This document shows positions 38,983 through 50,255 of a DNA stretch of 64,000 nucleotides, piece after piece. Position 1 is the stretch's first letter; every line of letters begins with the position of its first letter. This stretch comes from Marsupella aquatica. Lineage: Eukaryota; Plantae; Marchantiophyta. A program made the translations under genes and the position numbers. Under the pieces are notes generated by a model. That model saw only the letters and a program-made list of their open reading frames with translations, was not told where the DNA came from and searched no databases. The stretch lies in contig OZ316894.1 of the NCBI GenBank assembly GCA_973895155.1, forward strand, positions 15,740,699 to 15,804,698, given 5' to 3'.

Positions 38983-39645
38983 CTACTTGAATTTAAAATA
39001 GAGTACCAGGAGAATAACAAATATGAGGGTGACAATAAGACCCCAACCGATCATTTTGTTCCGATTCATTAGTCGGGTCATGCTGACGAGAATTCGCCTA
39101 CTTTTGCCAACGTTGTCATCGACATCATTCATTGTGTCCCGAGTATGCAGAAGAGTCTGTCGCTGCGAATGCAGATCAGCTAAGATTGATACGCCAAGAG
39201 ATTCAGTCTCTAAAAGAGTTCTTTTACTGTCCTTGATCCGGTCTCCAGACTGGTTCAATCGTTCCGTCGCTGTCAATAACCTTGTTCTTTGATCAGCGGA
39301 CAAAGTGTCCGAGTCTGCCATCCCTCCCTCCATCAATTCGTCTCTGGCGGCAAAGCCATCCCTAGCTGCTAACGTCTTCTTTGCCTCCCGCTTCAAATTG
39401 GTCAAATCAGCTTTGTGCGCCCGTAACCCGGCAAGAAGGGTAGCTTTCTGTGTGGGAGGCAAATTTCGCGCCTCCAGATCCATCCTTCGTATCAAGGACT
39501 CCGCCTCATCGAGCCCATTCTTGATCTCAACAAGCATCTGTTTCTTCTCTTCTCCATTGGCAAGAGCACTCGACACGCACTTCCGAGAGATTTTATCGGA
39601 CAGCTCGAAGTACTGCCTTTCATAGCTGTCGTACGTCTCACTCAT
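38983..39645 (-). CDS. VTI1: Qb-SNARE VTI1 family (VTI11/12/13-like), intronless CDS
   Basis: MSETYDSYERQY..RRMDLEAR..DQRTRLL..TERL..LETE.LGVSIL.DLHSQRQTL and a C-terminal TM helix. Start taken at MSET. Confidence 0.95.
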   Translation of the reverse strand: MSETYDSYERQYFELSDKISRKCVSSALANGEEKKQMLVEIKNGLDEAESLIRRMDLEARNLPPTQKATLLAGLRAHKADLTNLKREAKKTLAARDGFAARDELMEGGMADSDTLSADQRTRLLTATERLNQSGDRIKDSKRTLLETESLGVSILADLHSQRQTLLHTRDTMNDVDDNVGKSRRILVSMTRLMNRNKMIGWGLIVTLIFVILLVLYFKFK

Positions 39646-41569
39646 CTTATCACAAACACGGCTGCTGCAGAGAGGCAACTTCAGTAGAGCAGAACGTGAC
39701 ATGCATAAATACACAAGAAAACACCACCAAGGAAAATTGCTCGGAAAGCAAATTTACTCCAGAGGAGGTTACAGGACCAAAATCACCCCAATTAGGTCAT
39801 CCATGGTTCGAGGGAAAATACAGTACCTCGTGTGAATTGACCAGTTTCCGCACCCGAACAAGGGATGCAGTGTTATGTCACCTCCCGCGCAACTTCAAGA
39901 TGAGAGTGGCGTCAATCAACCAAACGCATCCCTAGAAACTCCCGTGAAATAGGTGTCCTCGATCTCAGCAGAAAAGATCTCAGCATCAAGCACTAGCAGA
40001 AGCCCGTGTGCTAAATTCGAGGGCCCTATCGCAAAAACTATTCTCCTTCCGCGCCACTCCCAGCGACTGGCCAAGCGATCAAACATCAACAGCAATTCAC
40101 ACGGAGATGGATAGAAGCTACAGTAGCACGGCGCTAAACAGGATGATACCGTGGGACTAAATTCATAGCCGAGACAAAAGACTGTACAAGCGAAAGACTG
40201 TAAAAGAGTGGGAGGGAATCCAGAGTCAGCCAAAGACAGAGAGGGGGGTGTCCTCTCAATACTTTCGAATGATCAGGCACTCAAATCTGCAGAGAAGCGA
40301 GATCCAACAATCGACGAAAAACACGGACGCGACGGATATCAGCACCCGCGAAGAAGAGCACGACCTCACCGTGTCAAAGGCGAAGGACGGAAGAAAGTCA
40401 ATAATGGACCAGTCACTTCGAGCAGACTTTACGGTGTTTCAAATGCGTGACGGTAACCTCCAGACTAGCGTAAGAACACGCGAATTGATCGATTGAAGCC
40501 GTCAGATCTGCTTTCGATGATCTGGAGAGGGCAATAGTATTGGGTCGCGGTAATTGCGCATAAAAATATGAATATAAGGTATTACTCAACACATCACTAC
40601 ATACCTCATAAATCTCATTAATTTGTTTAAATGAGTGAGTGCACACGAAACTAAAACCCATATGGATCCCCACTTTGTCTGTGAAGCCCAGATGGACTGG
40701 CAAAGCCTGGATGGACTTGTTCAAAACATTTAAGCTGACTCAGATAACACTGTTTACAGTTTCACTGAAATGTCACTTGTAAATGGTCTCCTTATCTTTT
40801 GCAGCCGGTTTCAATTACATTACGGAACCAATTTACCTGGTAACTTGACTACTTGATGACTTTAACCTGAAAGACGTCATGTCATTATTCAATATATATC
40901 ACTGTGACCTCTTGACTACTTTCTCCACAAGGTACTCAAAGTCGTAAGCTGTGATCCGCAACCGATTACTTTTCTTTTCGGTGTAAAGCAACAATTGCTT
41001 TATGCAGACCATTGGGATGGGCAGGGACGATATCTCGGTCCATCTAGGCTTTTGTTTCGAGTGCACACAGTATATTATCAAATTTTGATATGTGATTACC
41101 GCTAGGGAATAGTATGGGGGATAGTATGTTCCAGTACCTCAGGAGATTGGCTGACTTACATGTGACTTACTTACTTACAGGATAATGGGAGTCTGATTTG
41201 GGGTTACTAGGTGGGGAAAACCCGACCAGCTGCAAGAGGGAAGTTTTTCTGAGCTTACTTGGAGGAGGTTTAGGCTAGAATTCATGCCCGGACCTCCATT
41301 ATAGTAAATAATATTGGTACAGAACCAAAGTTACCTGTGTGTAATGATTTTGATTTCTAGAGGCTTCTCCAATATCCATAGTCTCATGCTTGGAAAGCCC
41401 TGTTCGTTAATTGCTCCCACACTGTATTTACATACCATAAGGACGGCCTCGGCTGGGGTTCTGGACTAAATCTTGTTCCCAAATTGCTCAGAAAAACTTC
41501 ATGGTTGTCGCCGACAACTTTTCTTTTCACTTTCTGATTGCAGGATTACATCCTAGTAACCCTGTGCCT

Positions 41570-41901
41570 TGTTGAACTAAGACGTCATTTGCAACGACCG
41601 TACAACCATGATTCATTCCATGCACACGTAGTCGACACAATCTCTACGTGGTTCACCTTTTCTCCAAGGCTACGTCCACACGAACACTCAAGTTTTACTT
41701 CAAGAGTAGACGAACACACATGCTCTCTCTCTTCCTCCTGTTGCTCTGTTACAATGAGTAAGCACCACACACCAGCGGCTTACACTAGCCCTGGTATATA
41801 CAAGGTCACACACGACTAACCTAACCTCAGCTAAGATCCTAACTGTGGTTAGCCTAAGTGCCGTAACCTATGAGTCACAAGACTAAGAGCAATCCTTAAC
41901 A
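41570..41901. mobile_element. Solo LTR (332 bp)
   Basis: TGTTGA...TTAACA termini with a 5-bp TSD TGCCT at 41565-41569 and 41902-41906. Confidence 0.9.
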
Positions 41902-42546
41902 TGCCTCATTATCCTATATGTAATTATTATTTGGGAAAAGGTTCATTGAAGCAAGACATGTCTGTTTCTTGCAGGAAGAGAAAAGATATTAAGAAAAAGG
42001 TTTCTTGGAGGAAGAGATGCCAGATCAAATCTGACCGAAGGACGTAGAGTGGTTGAGAAACGACAACCCCAGATGGCAAAGATGGGGCTTAGGTTATTAC
42101 TTTTTCTCAACTTTCTCACAATCCAAGGTAGAGGAGACTCAATGTCTGCAGTTTGTTCTCCTTGTTCATAAGTAGGGATTAACAAAGTAAGAATCCATAA
42201 TTTTTTGCTATCAGTAGTGGTTTCCATAGTGTGACTTAGAGCATCCGCACCGGTTTCCAGGTGCGGCTCTGCCAAAGGGCAAATTACCCCGGAAGTTTGC
42301 GGGCCTGCATCTGGGTTTTGGCCCCACACGCAACGCGCGTTGCACCAGTGCCCACTAAAGGTGGCCTGGAAAGTTTCAGCCATGCGTTCGAACCGTATCA
42401 CCCGGGTTTGAACCCACCAAACAGGAGCATTTTTGCGCAGATTTCTCAATATTGATACAAAACAAACTCCCAAACATTTCAAAAATGACATAGCTCATCT
42501 GCGCAAGAGAGCTTGACTCAATTTTCCAACAAGCGGAACTTGGACC

Positions 42547-43867
42547 ATGGATCGCATGAGTGCTTGGAGACAGAAATTCCAACAACAGATTGAGGCAGAG
42601 ATGGCGGCCATGGAGGAGGAGGATGAATTTTGGGAGATGGCCATTTGTACTGGACCACTCTCTCTGCAAGGAGTCCAATCATTGCAACGGAAGGAGCGCA
42701 AGCAAGGAGGAGGTTCGATGCGGCCTAGCAAGAAGCCCAACAAAGATAGGAAGCATGAGTGAGGACATCAAACCATTCTTGATGATTACTTCACTGAGCC
42801 TTGTACATATGATAGTAAGGATTTTTGTAGACAATTTAGGATGACCCGACATATGTTTGATAGAATCCTGCTTGCAGTTTCTCAACACGATCAATTTTTT
42901 CAATAGAAGAGAGATGCTACAAAAAATTTGGTCTATCTGAGTTGCAGAAAGTCATAGCTGCTTTGCGCCAATTAGCATTTGGGATAGGGGCAGATGCCAC
43001 TGATGAATATTGTAGGCTTGCAGAATCAACAGCCCGAAAGTCTCTCTTCCGATTTTGCTTGGCCATTAGAGAATTATATGAAGAGAAGTATTTGCGAAAG
43101 CCACACAAGAGTAATTTCTTGAGGCTACTGGATTTCAATGAAAAAAGAGGGTTCCCAGGCATGTTTGCTACCCTTGACTGCATGCACTATGAATGGAAGA
43201 ACTGCCCAGTGGCATGGCAAGGACAATTCACCGACAAAGATGGGAATAAATCCATAGTTCTTGAAGCAATTGCCGACCAGGAACTCTGGTTTTGGCACGC
43301 CTTTTTTGGACTTCCAGGTGGGAATAATGATTTGAATGTACTAGATTGGTCTCCTCTGGTCAACAACATGCTGCATCAACACTATGACTAGGTGCACTTC
43401 ACCATCAATGGAACAAAGTACAAGAAAACTTACCTGTTGGTTGATGGGATTTATCCCAAGTGGTCTTGCTTTGTCACTACCTTTCACAAACCTCAATCAC
43501 AGAAGAAAAGTTATTTTGCCAAGTGTTAGGAAGGTGCTTGCAAGGATGTGGAGAGGGCGTATTGCAAGCTAGATGGGGCATTATCAAGCAACCTGCTAGG
43601 TCATGGCATATGGAGCGAGTCCATGCTATCCTCATAGCCTTAATTGTGCTACATAATATGATAATTGAGGATGAAAGGGGCGAAGAGCATGAGGATTTCC
43701 TTGCTGAAGCAGGTCCATTGTTGACTATGCATACGGGGAGCATGCCGTGGAGAGATTACTTGGCTGCAACAAAGGACTTGGAAAATAGTACCAGTTGGTC
43801 TGGTTTGAGAAATAACTTAATGGAGCACCTTTGGCAGCAGAAAGGCGAAATAGGTGGAGAAGATTAG
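42547..43867 (+). pseudogene. Harbinger transposase (HARBI1-like DDE), several stops and frameshifts
   Basis: ALRQLAFG...DEY, RGFPGM...LDCMH..WKNCP.AWQGQ, LEAIA...LWFWHAFFG.PG.NNDLNVL, YLLVDGIYP, KDVER and LQARW motifs. Confidence 0.93.
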
Positions 43868-44640
43868 TTCCATGAACAGTTACGTACAGCAGACAATGTC
43901 CATTGTAGAACAGAGTGTACTCAATTTGCATTTTTATAAAAACAACTGGGATCTTTATTGCACAAGAGATTGGATTTGAGGAGACCCATGGCCTCATGTA
44001 CAATTGCTATCCACTAGTCGAGAGCACTCAAGACAAAATTGCTCTCATCGATGTAATCTATGTCTAGTCTAAGTCTGCTCCATGGACTTCGTAATTCCAG
44101 GTTCACCACCACACGGCAAACTAATCCAAGAGCAAACGGTGACCTGCAATTAAAATAGGTGGAAGCATATGTTCAGCAAGTGAGTTCCACAAGGAAGAAA
44201 GCAATGAACTATACGAAAACAGGAAACACTGAACAATACAAAAACAAGAAAGGTGCAATGAATTGAGAAATCCCTAAAACACATACCGTTGTTGTTGTCA
44301 CGCAGTAGGCCATCGATCCTCCTCTTCGTTGTCACCAACATCCTCCATAGACTTCAGTAGGGCTCGTTCTGAAGAAGACTCCTCCCATTCATTCAAGACA
44401 AAACAATGGACCACACCGGGCCCATCCTTGACACATTTTGATTGCCCCGTATTTGGGCCTCGATGCTGTGCACATGGAACAAAGCTCTCATTCTTTGGCA
44501 CAATTTTTGGAAATAATTCCACCTTGGGTTTGCCAACACGAGGCTTCAAAAATGATGGGCATGGTCGAGAGCATGCTCTCAGAATCCGAGTGAGAGATTG
44601 TATTTGAGTGAGACATGGTATCCTTGGATGCAAACTACCT
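43866..44640 (-). pseudogene. Possible third Harbinger gene with a Cys-rich (PHD/RING-like) finger
   Basis: One frame reads ELCSMCTASRPKYGAIKMCQGWARCGPLFCLE* (~44485-44390). A GT..AG intron-like segment lies at ~44287-44144. Confidence 0.35.
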
Positions 44641-45039
44641 GATTCCTTGCTGGTAAAAAAATGGAACTATTGACTACTGGAGCTCACAATAGCCACGGAC
44701 TGAATAGCAATGCGAGTAAAAGCAAAGAGATGGAATTAGCAGGGCGCGAGTAGGGACACAGATGTGTACTCAACCTTCGATGCAATCGAGAAAGGAAGTC
44801 AAAAGAAGACTGGCCTCGACATGAGGCTTCACATGTGTAGTACATAATGAGCATACTGAAGAGCATGACATACTGAGCATGAGAGTAGCGAGTACTGTCT
44901 GTGTACCGTGTGGAGCAATTGACATGGACACTACAATGTACACAATTAATATAGGATGGACAAAAGGCACAGGCATTTTATTAAATTTTGGTTTCTGAAA
45001 ACCAATACATCAAACAATTTTCCACTACATACAATTGAA

Positions 45040-46003
45040 CTACTGGAAAAATATTTCCTCAACTTCATGAGGAGTAGGGTTTTCATGAGGAGTCGGGGAG
45101 TCCTCATCGCTGCTTGGAGTGGGGGTTGGCAAGGAAGTCCTTGTTGCCCTTGTTGGCAATGGGGAGGATGCCTGAGACTGCCTAGCTGAGATTCTATCTT
45201 TCAGCTTTGCCATTTCATCCTGCTTCCACAAATTCAAGAATTCTAATGTCTCAATGTCCAGACCCTCTGTTGGGAGAGTGAGCATATTCATGAAAGTTTG
45301 GTTCTCCAATATTTCAAGTGCTCCAGCCCTGTCTGTGCCATGACCTTCTGTGCTTGGGCTGCAACCTTGAAAGAATCTTCATGTCCTTTCCCCTTTTTGG
45401 CATAATCCTTGGCCAGCTTTGTACCTAGTGGCCTCTTCAACCTAATTCCATTCGACTTCTGTTGGTTGCTAGGATCATTATCTGTTTCTGAATCAAGATT
45501 AATCGGGCCATCTGAATTGGGAAAATTCTCTGTGACCCCAACGAAACCCCCACTTGGTGCTTGTTCAGCAGACTTCCGTTTGCCCTTCCCTTTTGCCATC
45601 TGGTCCTCCAGCATCATCCACCTTGGGCAGTCCTTAAGAATTTCGTAACAAACTGAGAACGAGAATTCCTTCCCGAGTGTCGTGTCTTGTAGAGTTCCTT
45701 GGCCTTGATGAAGGTGTCGTCACTATTTGTGCCTAAAATATCTAGGTCTTCTACCAATTGATAGCAACCAATGAATCAAGTGGTAGCTTTTCAAACATCA
45801 CCCCATGTGGCCTCAAGTGATTTTGTTGATCTGCTCTCATGGCCTGTCGGCCGATTTCCATCGTAGTGCTCAAAAACTCTCTCCCAAAAATTCTCTCTCT
45901 TTTGCCCACTGCCGACGCAAGGGTCTTGGGATATCTCCAAGTATGAATTATGGCAGAGTTGTTTTAATTCAGCTGGACTAAAGTTCTTTCCCCGTTGGGC
46001 CAT
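45040..46003 (-). pseudogene. Harbinger ORF1, Myb/SANT-like DNA-binding protein with NAM-associated-like region (disrupted)
   Basis: RGKNFS..E..QLC..SYLEISQDP.VG.GQK...FWER....Y......RS..SL...W, plus KRPLGTK.AK. Confidence 0.88.
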
Positions 46004-47075
46004 TTTTACATACGATTGGAGTGCAGAGCTCTCGATGGGACCACGAGCTCTGTCAAAGCTACAGGAAAAACATGTGCATCGACACAATCTGCTGCAGCTT
46101 GCAAGTACGCGTGCCAGAATTCATATTCACAGGGGAAGGTTGCTTGCACCTAGGATGTGGACAAGTGACTAGTTTCCGATCGTGGATGAGGTTTCCAAGG
46201 ACTGCCAAACCATGTTTTCAGACTGCCAAAGGAGGCAAATGTAGCGGTCAGCAAAGGAGTATAGCCTGTGGCCTGAAAAATGTTTGGTGATAGCAGGGAC
46301 GGGTGCAACAGGGAAAATGACAGTGGTTGGGGAAAATCATGCTTTTGCAAGCCCGACGCCTTTTGGTAGGTGCCGGTGCGGATGCTCTTAATGGATAAAT
46401 CTAGAGCAACGATGGAGGGTCTTGGCAACATCGAGTAGTATTTCATGTGTGAGTACTTTATCCACAACATGGAATTGCCACTCACCCTGTACTGCATGCT
46501 TACAACCAGTTGAGACACCTGTCTTCAACCTTTTTTTAAAGGAACTTCTATTTAAAAATAAACTCAACCTTCAAATGCTATGCTAAATTGGAAATGGAGA
46601 ATTTATCGTGGTAGAAATCTATGATTGTAATTCCCATTCTACGTGTAGTTCATGCCCTGACATTTGAAACTTAGACATACCCATTAAGTATCATATGCTT
46701 TGAAAACTGCATGTATAGTTCAACCAAGGAAATTTCACTTAATTGTTAATATTAGTAGAAATCAACTTCTACCAAAATTTATAAATCAAGGAAAAAACAA
46801 TGTACAATGAAAGGAAAGAAAAGGAAAAAGAGGTCTAAAGAGGACAAACACCAAACAAGGAAAAAGAAAAGCAAGTGCAACCTCAAGAAAAAGACAAGAA
46901 AAGAAAGGGAGAAGTATCTACACTTCACTAGTGGGAAAGGCTAGTGTCCACATGGGAAAATGTGGCAAGAGCTAATCCCAGAGCTAATGGTCCACATTGA
47001 GTGTCCAAACTGAATCAGCAAGTGGGACATGAATGTCTTCTATGGGGGCAAGTGTCTGTGGAGGCAAAGTAGCAT

Positions 47076-48890
47076 GTCGTAGAACTTGACTACCTTAACA
47101 ATTAGCTCCAACATCCCTGACTCTGAGGGCGAGCTTCTCTATGGTCCAAGCCCCGGGAAGGGCCATCTGGTGGGGACTAAGTATGGGGAGACTAGTGAGC
47201 AATGAGACGTGATACTAGCAAGGGCAAGGCGCTAAGCTAGTGACGCACACTGAGGACTTAGACTAGCTTGGGGCTAGTTGGGTCACGGGAAAGTGCCGGA
47301 CTCAGGGTGGACCGTCCGGACCCCCAAAGAGACTTTGAATTCTGAGGGCTTGAGTGAGAGCTCCTCTTAGGCCCAAGGTTAACAAAGTTTACTTCATGCA
47401 CAACAGACGCTTGGCCCATGAGATACGGTGTGGCCCAGGTGCGGCCACCCGAGACCCCTGAGAGACGACGGAGACCTTGAGCAAGCAACCTGATGCCCTT
47501 TGCACCGTCTGCGGCCCCTCCCATACAAAGCCGCACTTGCTCTCTACCACGACCGTTACTCAATGGTCCTCACTATTTGCACAAGCTCGGTGCACAAGCA
47601 ACCAAGTGACTTGGTAAGTAACCCAAACCGGATCTAGATCTCCCCCAAGTCTAGCATCCTAACTCAAGCTCAACAAACATTGGTAAGTAGGTCAGCAATA
47701 GGTCCTCTCGATGCCATAAGCCGGAACCAGAACTGACACCCACTATTCGTCCAGAATAACTCCTTCCTTGGGTGCAACTCGGGTTCCCCCTTGTACCTAT
47801 CCATCACCAAGTGACCACCGTGCCCCCAGGACATGCTCATGGCCCAAATAACATAGCTTGTCCTAAAGCTTGTCCTAACACGCCAAGACCAGAATGGCCC
47901 CGACTCTAGCAACTAACTCCCGGTTCTCACTCGCTGGTAGCCTAGGGGCCAAGTGAATTTGAAATTCATCCTCCATGCCTACTTGCCCTTGCCTCCCCAA
48001 TGCAAGCTCCCTTGGGAGATTGAACGCGGCTTGGTTGCTATTTTGGCAGGATTTGGTAAGCAGGCAAACTAGCCCCCGCAAACCCCAAGAATCCATGGCA
48101 CTCCTAGACCCAGTTGAGTTCAAGAGGATTTAGTTCTCCTTGAGAGCTTTCCAACGCACTCAAGAAGTCCTCCAACGGACTATCCGTTGAGAAGTTATCG
48201 TCATTTTTGTTTGACGTTTTCCCTTAGTGTCGCGACTATTGTGGCTCACTACTTCGGCTCGCCCTTAGCCCCCAGGGCGACATCACTCCCTTCATATATG
48301 CTTATGGAGACCTGCCACCCTTGGACCTACTTTGGTCCCCAAATTTTGGCCCCCCCATTTGGACCCCAACCCGCATGTCTGGGCGCCATCAACTAGCAAT
48401 GCCCATAACTTCCTGGTTAGGCGTCCGTAAGCAAAGTGCCTTAGCCTGTTGTGATAGGGCTGACCCAGTGCTCATGCCTAGGCCCTCAGATCCTATTGTC
48501 GCTCGGGGCCCTCGATCGGCCAAACCGGGATCGGGCCATAACTCGTGCCCCAAGCGTTCGTTGCCTATGGAGTAAACTCCATTTGCCTTGGGCCCAAGAG
48601 GAGCTCTCACTCAAGCCCTCAGAACTCAGTCTGATCGGGGGCCGGACGGTTGACCTTGAGCCCGACCCTTTCCCCTAGACCCGACTAGCCCTCAGTTAGT
48701 CTAAGTCCTTAGTGTGTGTCACCAGCTTAGCACCTTGCCTTCGCCAATGCCACGCCCCTTTGCCCACAAGTTTCCCCATGCTAAGTCCTCCCCAACTGGC
48801 TGTTCCGGGCCTGGACCATAGGGGAGCTTGGCGTCGGAGTCATCAACGCTGGAGCTAACTGAGTGCTAAGGTAGTCGAGTTCCGCAATTG
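47076..48890. mobile_element. Family B element with ~360 bp terminal inverted repeats, unclassified
   Basis: 47076-~47437 is the reverse complement of ~48530-48890. The interior matches 2355-3400. No convincing TSD. Confidence 0.8.
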
Positions 48891-49384
48891 GTAGCAAACA
48901 TTTTGCGCACGTCAGGACCTCATTGAGATATATAGCGGTGGCAAGGGCAGCGCATCAACATCCCAGGAGGCCACAACAAAGGAGGCAAAATATGCTACTC
49001 GAGCTTCATTGGATTCCTTCCTCCCTCTCGCTATTGAGATTTTTGGGCATCTTCATAATCAGTTTGATGGGATTCTTTGACAGGCTGCTCGTGACATTCA
49101 CGGACGGACGGGTCCCTCCAGACCCCCACTATCCATCTTGACCATGCACTTTTGTCAACACATTTCAGTGGTATTATAGAGTGCCCAAGCTTACGCCATT
49201 TATTGTCGTCTTCATTTCACATGGAATTTTTTTTAACGTTGTAGTAGGGGCCACCAGCCAAAGTAGAGGATTCATTCCATACTTAGAGAAAAGAACAAAG
49301 ACAACGTCAAAACATCATGCAAGCCTCGTGCATAGTTGCGTAAAGCAACCTAAAGACGGGTGGTACATATGGTAGAAGTTCAAA

Positions 49385-49662
49385 TCTGAAGACATGAACC
49401 ATATTGTCTTCACTTAAGAACTTGCGGTTTGTGCGATGGACACCACTACTCTACGGTTCCCCTCGCGGTGGAGTTTTATTCAGCATGGTTTTGACTCTAA
49501 ATTTTACAATAGCTCTTATTGGTGATAATATCCCCGATAATATCAAGCTAATACTCATTACAAGAACATTTAACACAAAAGTGCTAGAGGGGGCCTAGTT
49601 TGTAACAAAAGTTTTAAAACGGGAAATTTATTTTGGCACTGGTCTCATCAAGCATATACCTC
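49385..49662. repeat. Diverged TIR remnant related to the 15242-16253 MULE-MITE
   Basis: gaagacatgaaccatattgtcttca and the terminus catcaagcatatacctc. A similar terminus (caacaagcatatacctc) ends at ~28814. Confidence 0.5.
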
Positions 49663-50255
49663 CTTTTTCTTTCCTTTCATAGAGCTTTGTTTTTTCAAAC
49701 TTTGGTGGAACTTGATTTGATTGCAAATCTCTCAACCAATAATTGAGTGAAATTTAAATGATGTCCTGTGCTTTATTGGAGGAGGGACTAAATTAGCATA
49801 AATGCTTGAACGCCCTCCTGCGGCTACTGTATGCACCTATTCCCATGACTATTCTCACACCAGTCACTGCAGATAACGTCCTACTGGTTAATGAATTTCT
49901 GGTTTGCGTTCGTTTAGTTTCAGCTGGCCGAATGGCATCCGCCCACGTGCCCACCTACACCACGTCCTTACATTTTCCCCTCTCTTTTGCGCTTGAGGAT
50001 CGAAAAGTGGTCAGCTTTTACTTACCTCTACCACTTCGACGAGTACAGTACAGAAGTAACCCCACATTTGGAAACAGAGACGGGTTCAGAAGAGCTCCCG
50101 TGCTCTGCTCCATTCGAACTGGCACACGAAGAAGGGGACTGTGACGCTGGCGAATAATCCCAGCGAACAACAAGTCTTGGGTCTCATTATTGATTCATCC
50201 AATATTCTTCTGATCAGAGGAGACGGTGGCGTGGAGGGGGGTGGGTCACAGAGCC

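Larger units (their letters stand above)
42239..46387. mobile_element. PIF/Harbinger DNA transposon (full length, decayed)
   Basis: 15-bp TIR GAGCATCCGCACCGG / CCGGTGCGGATGCTC, TTA TSD on both sides, and transposase plus Myb-like genes. Confidence 0.95.
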
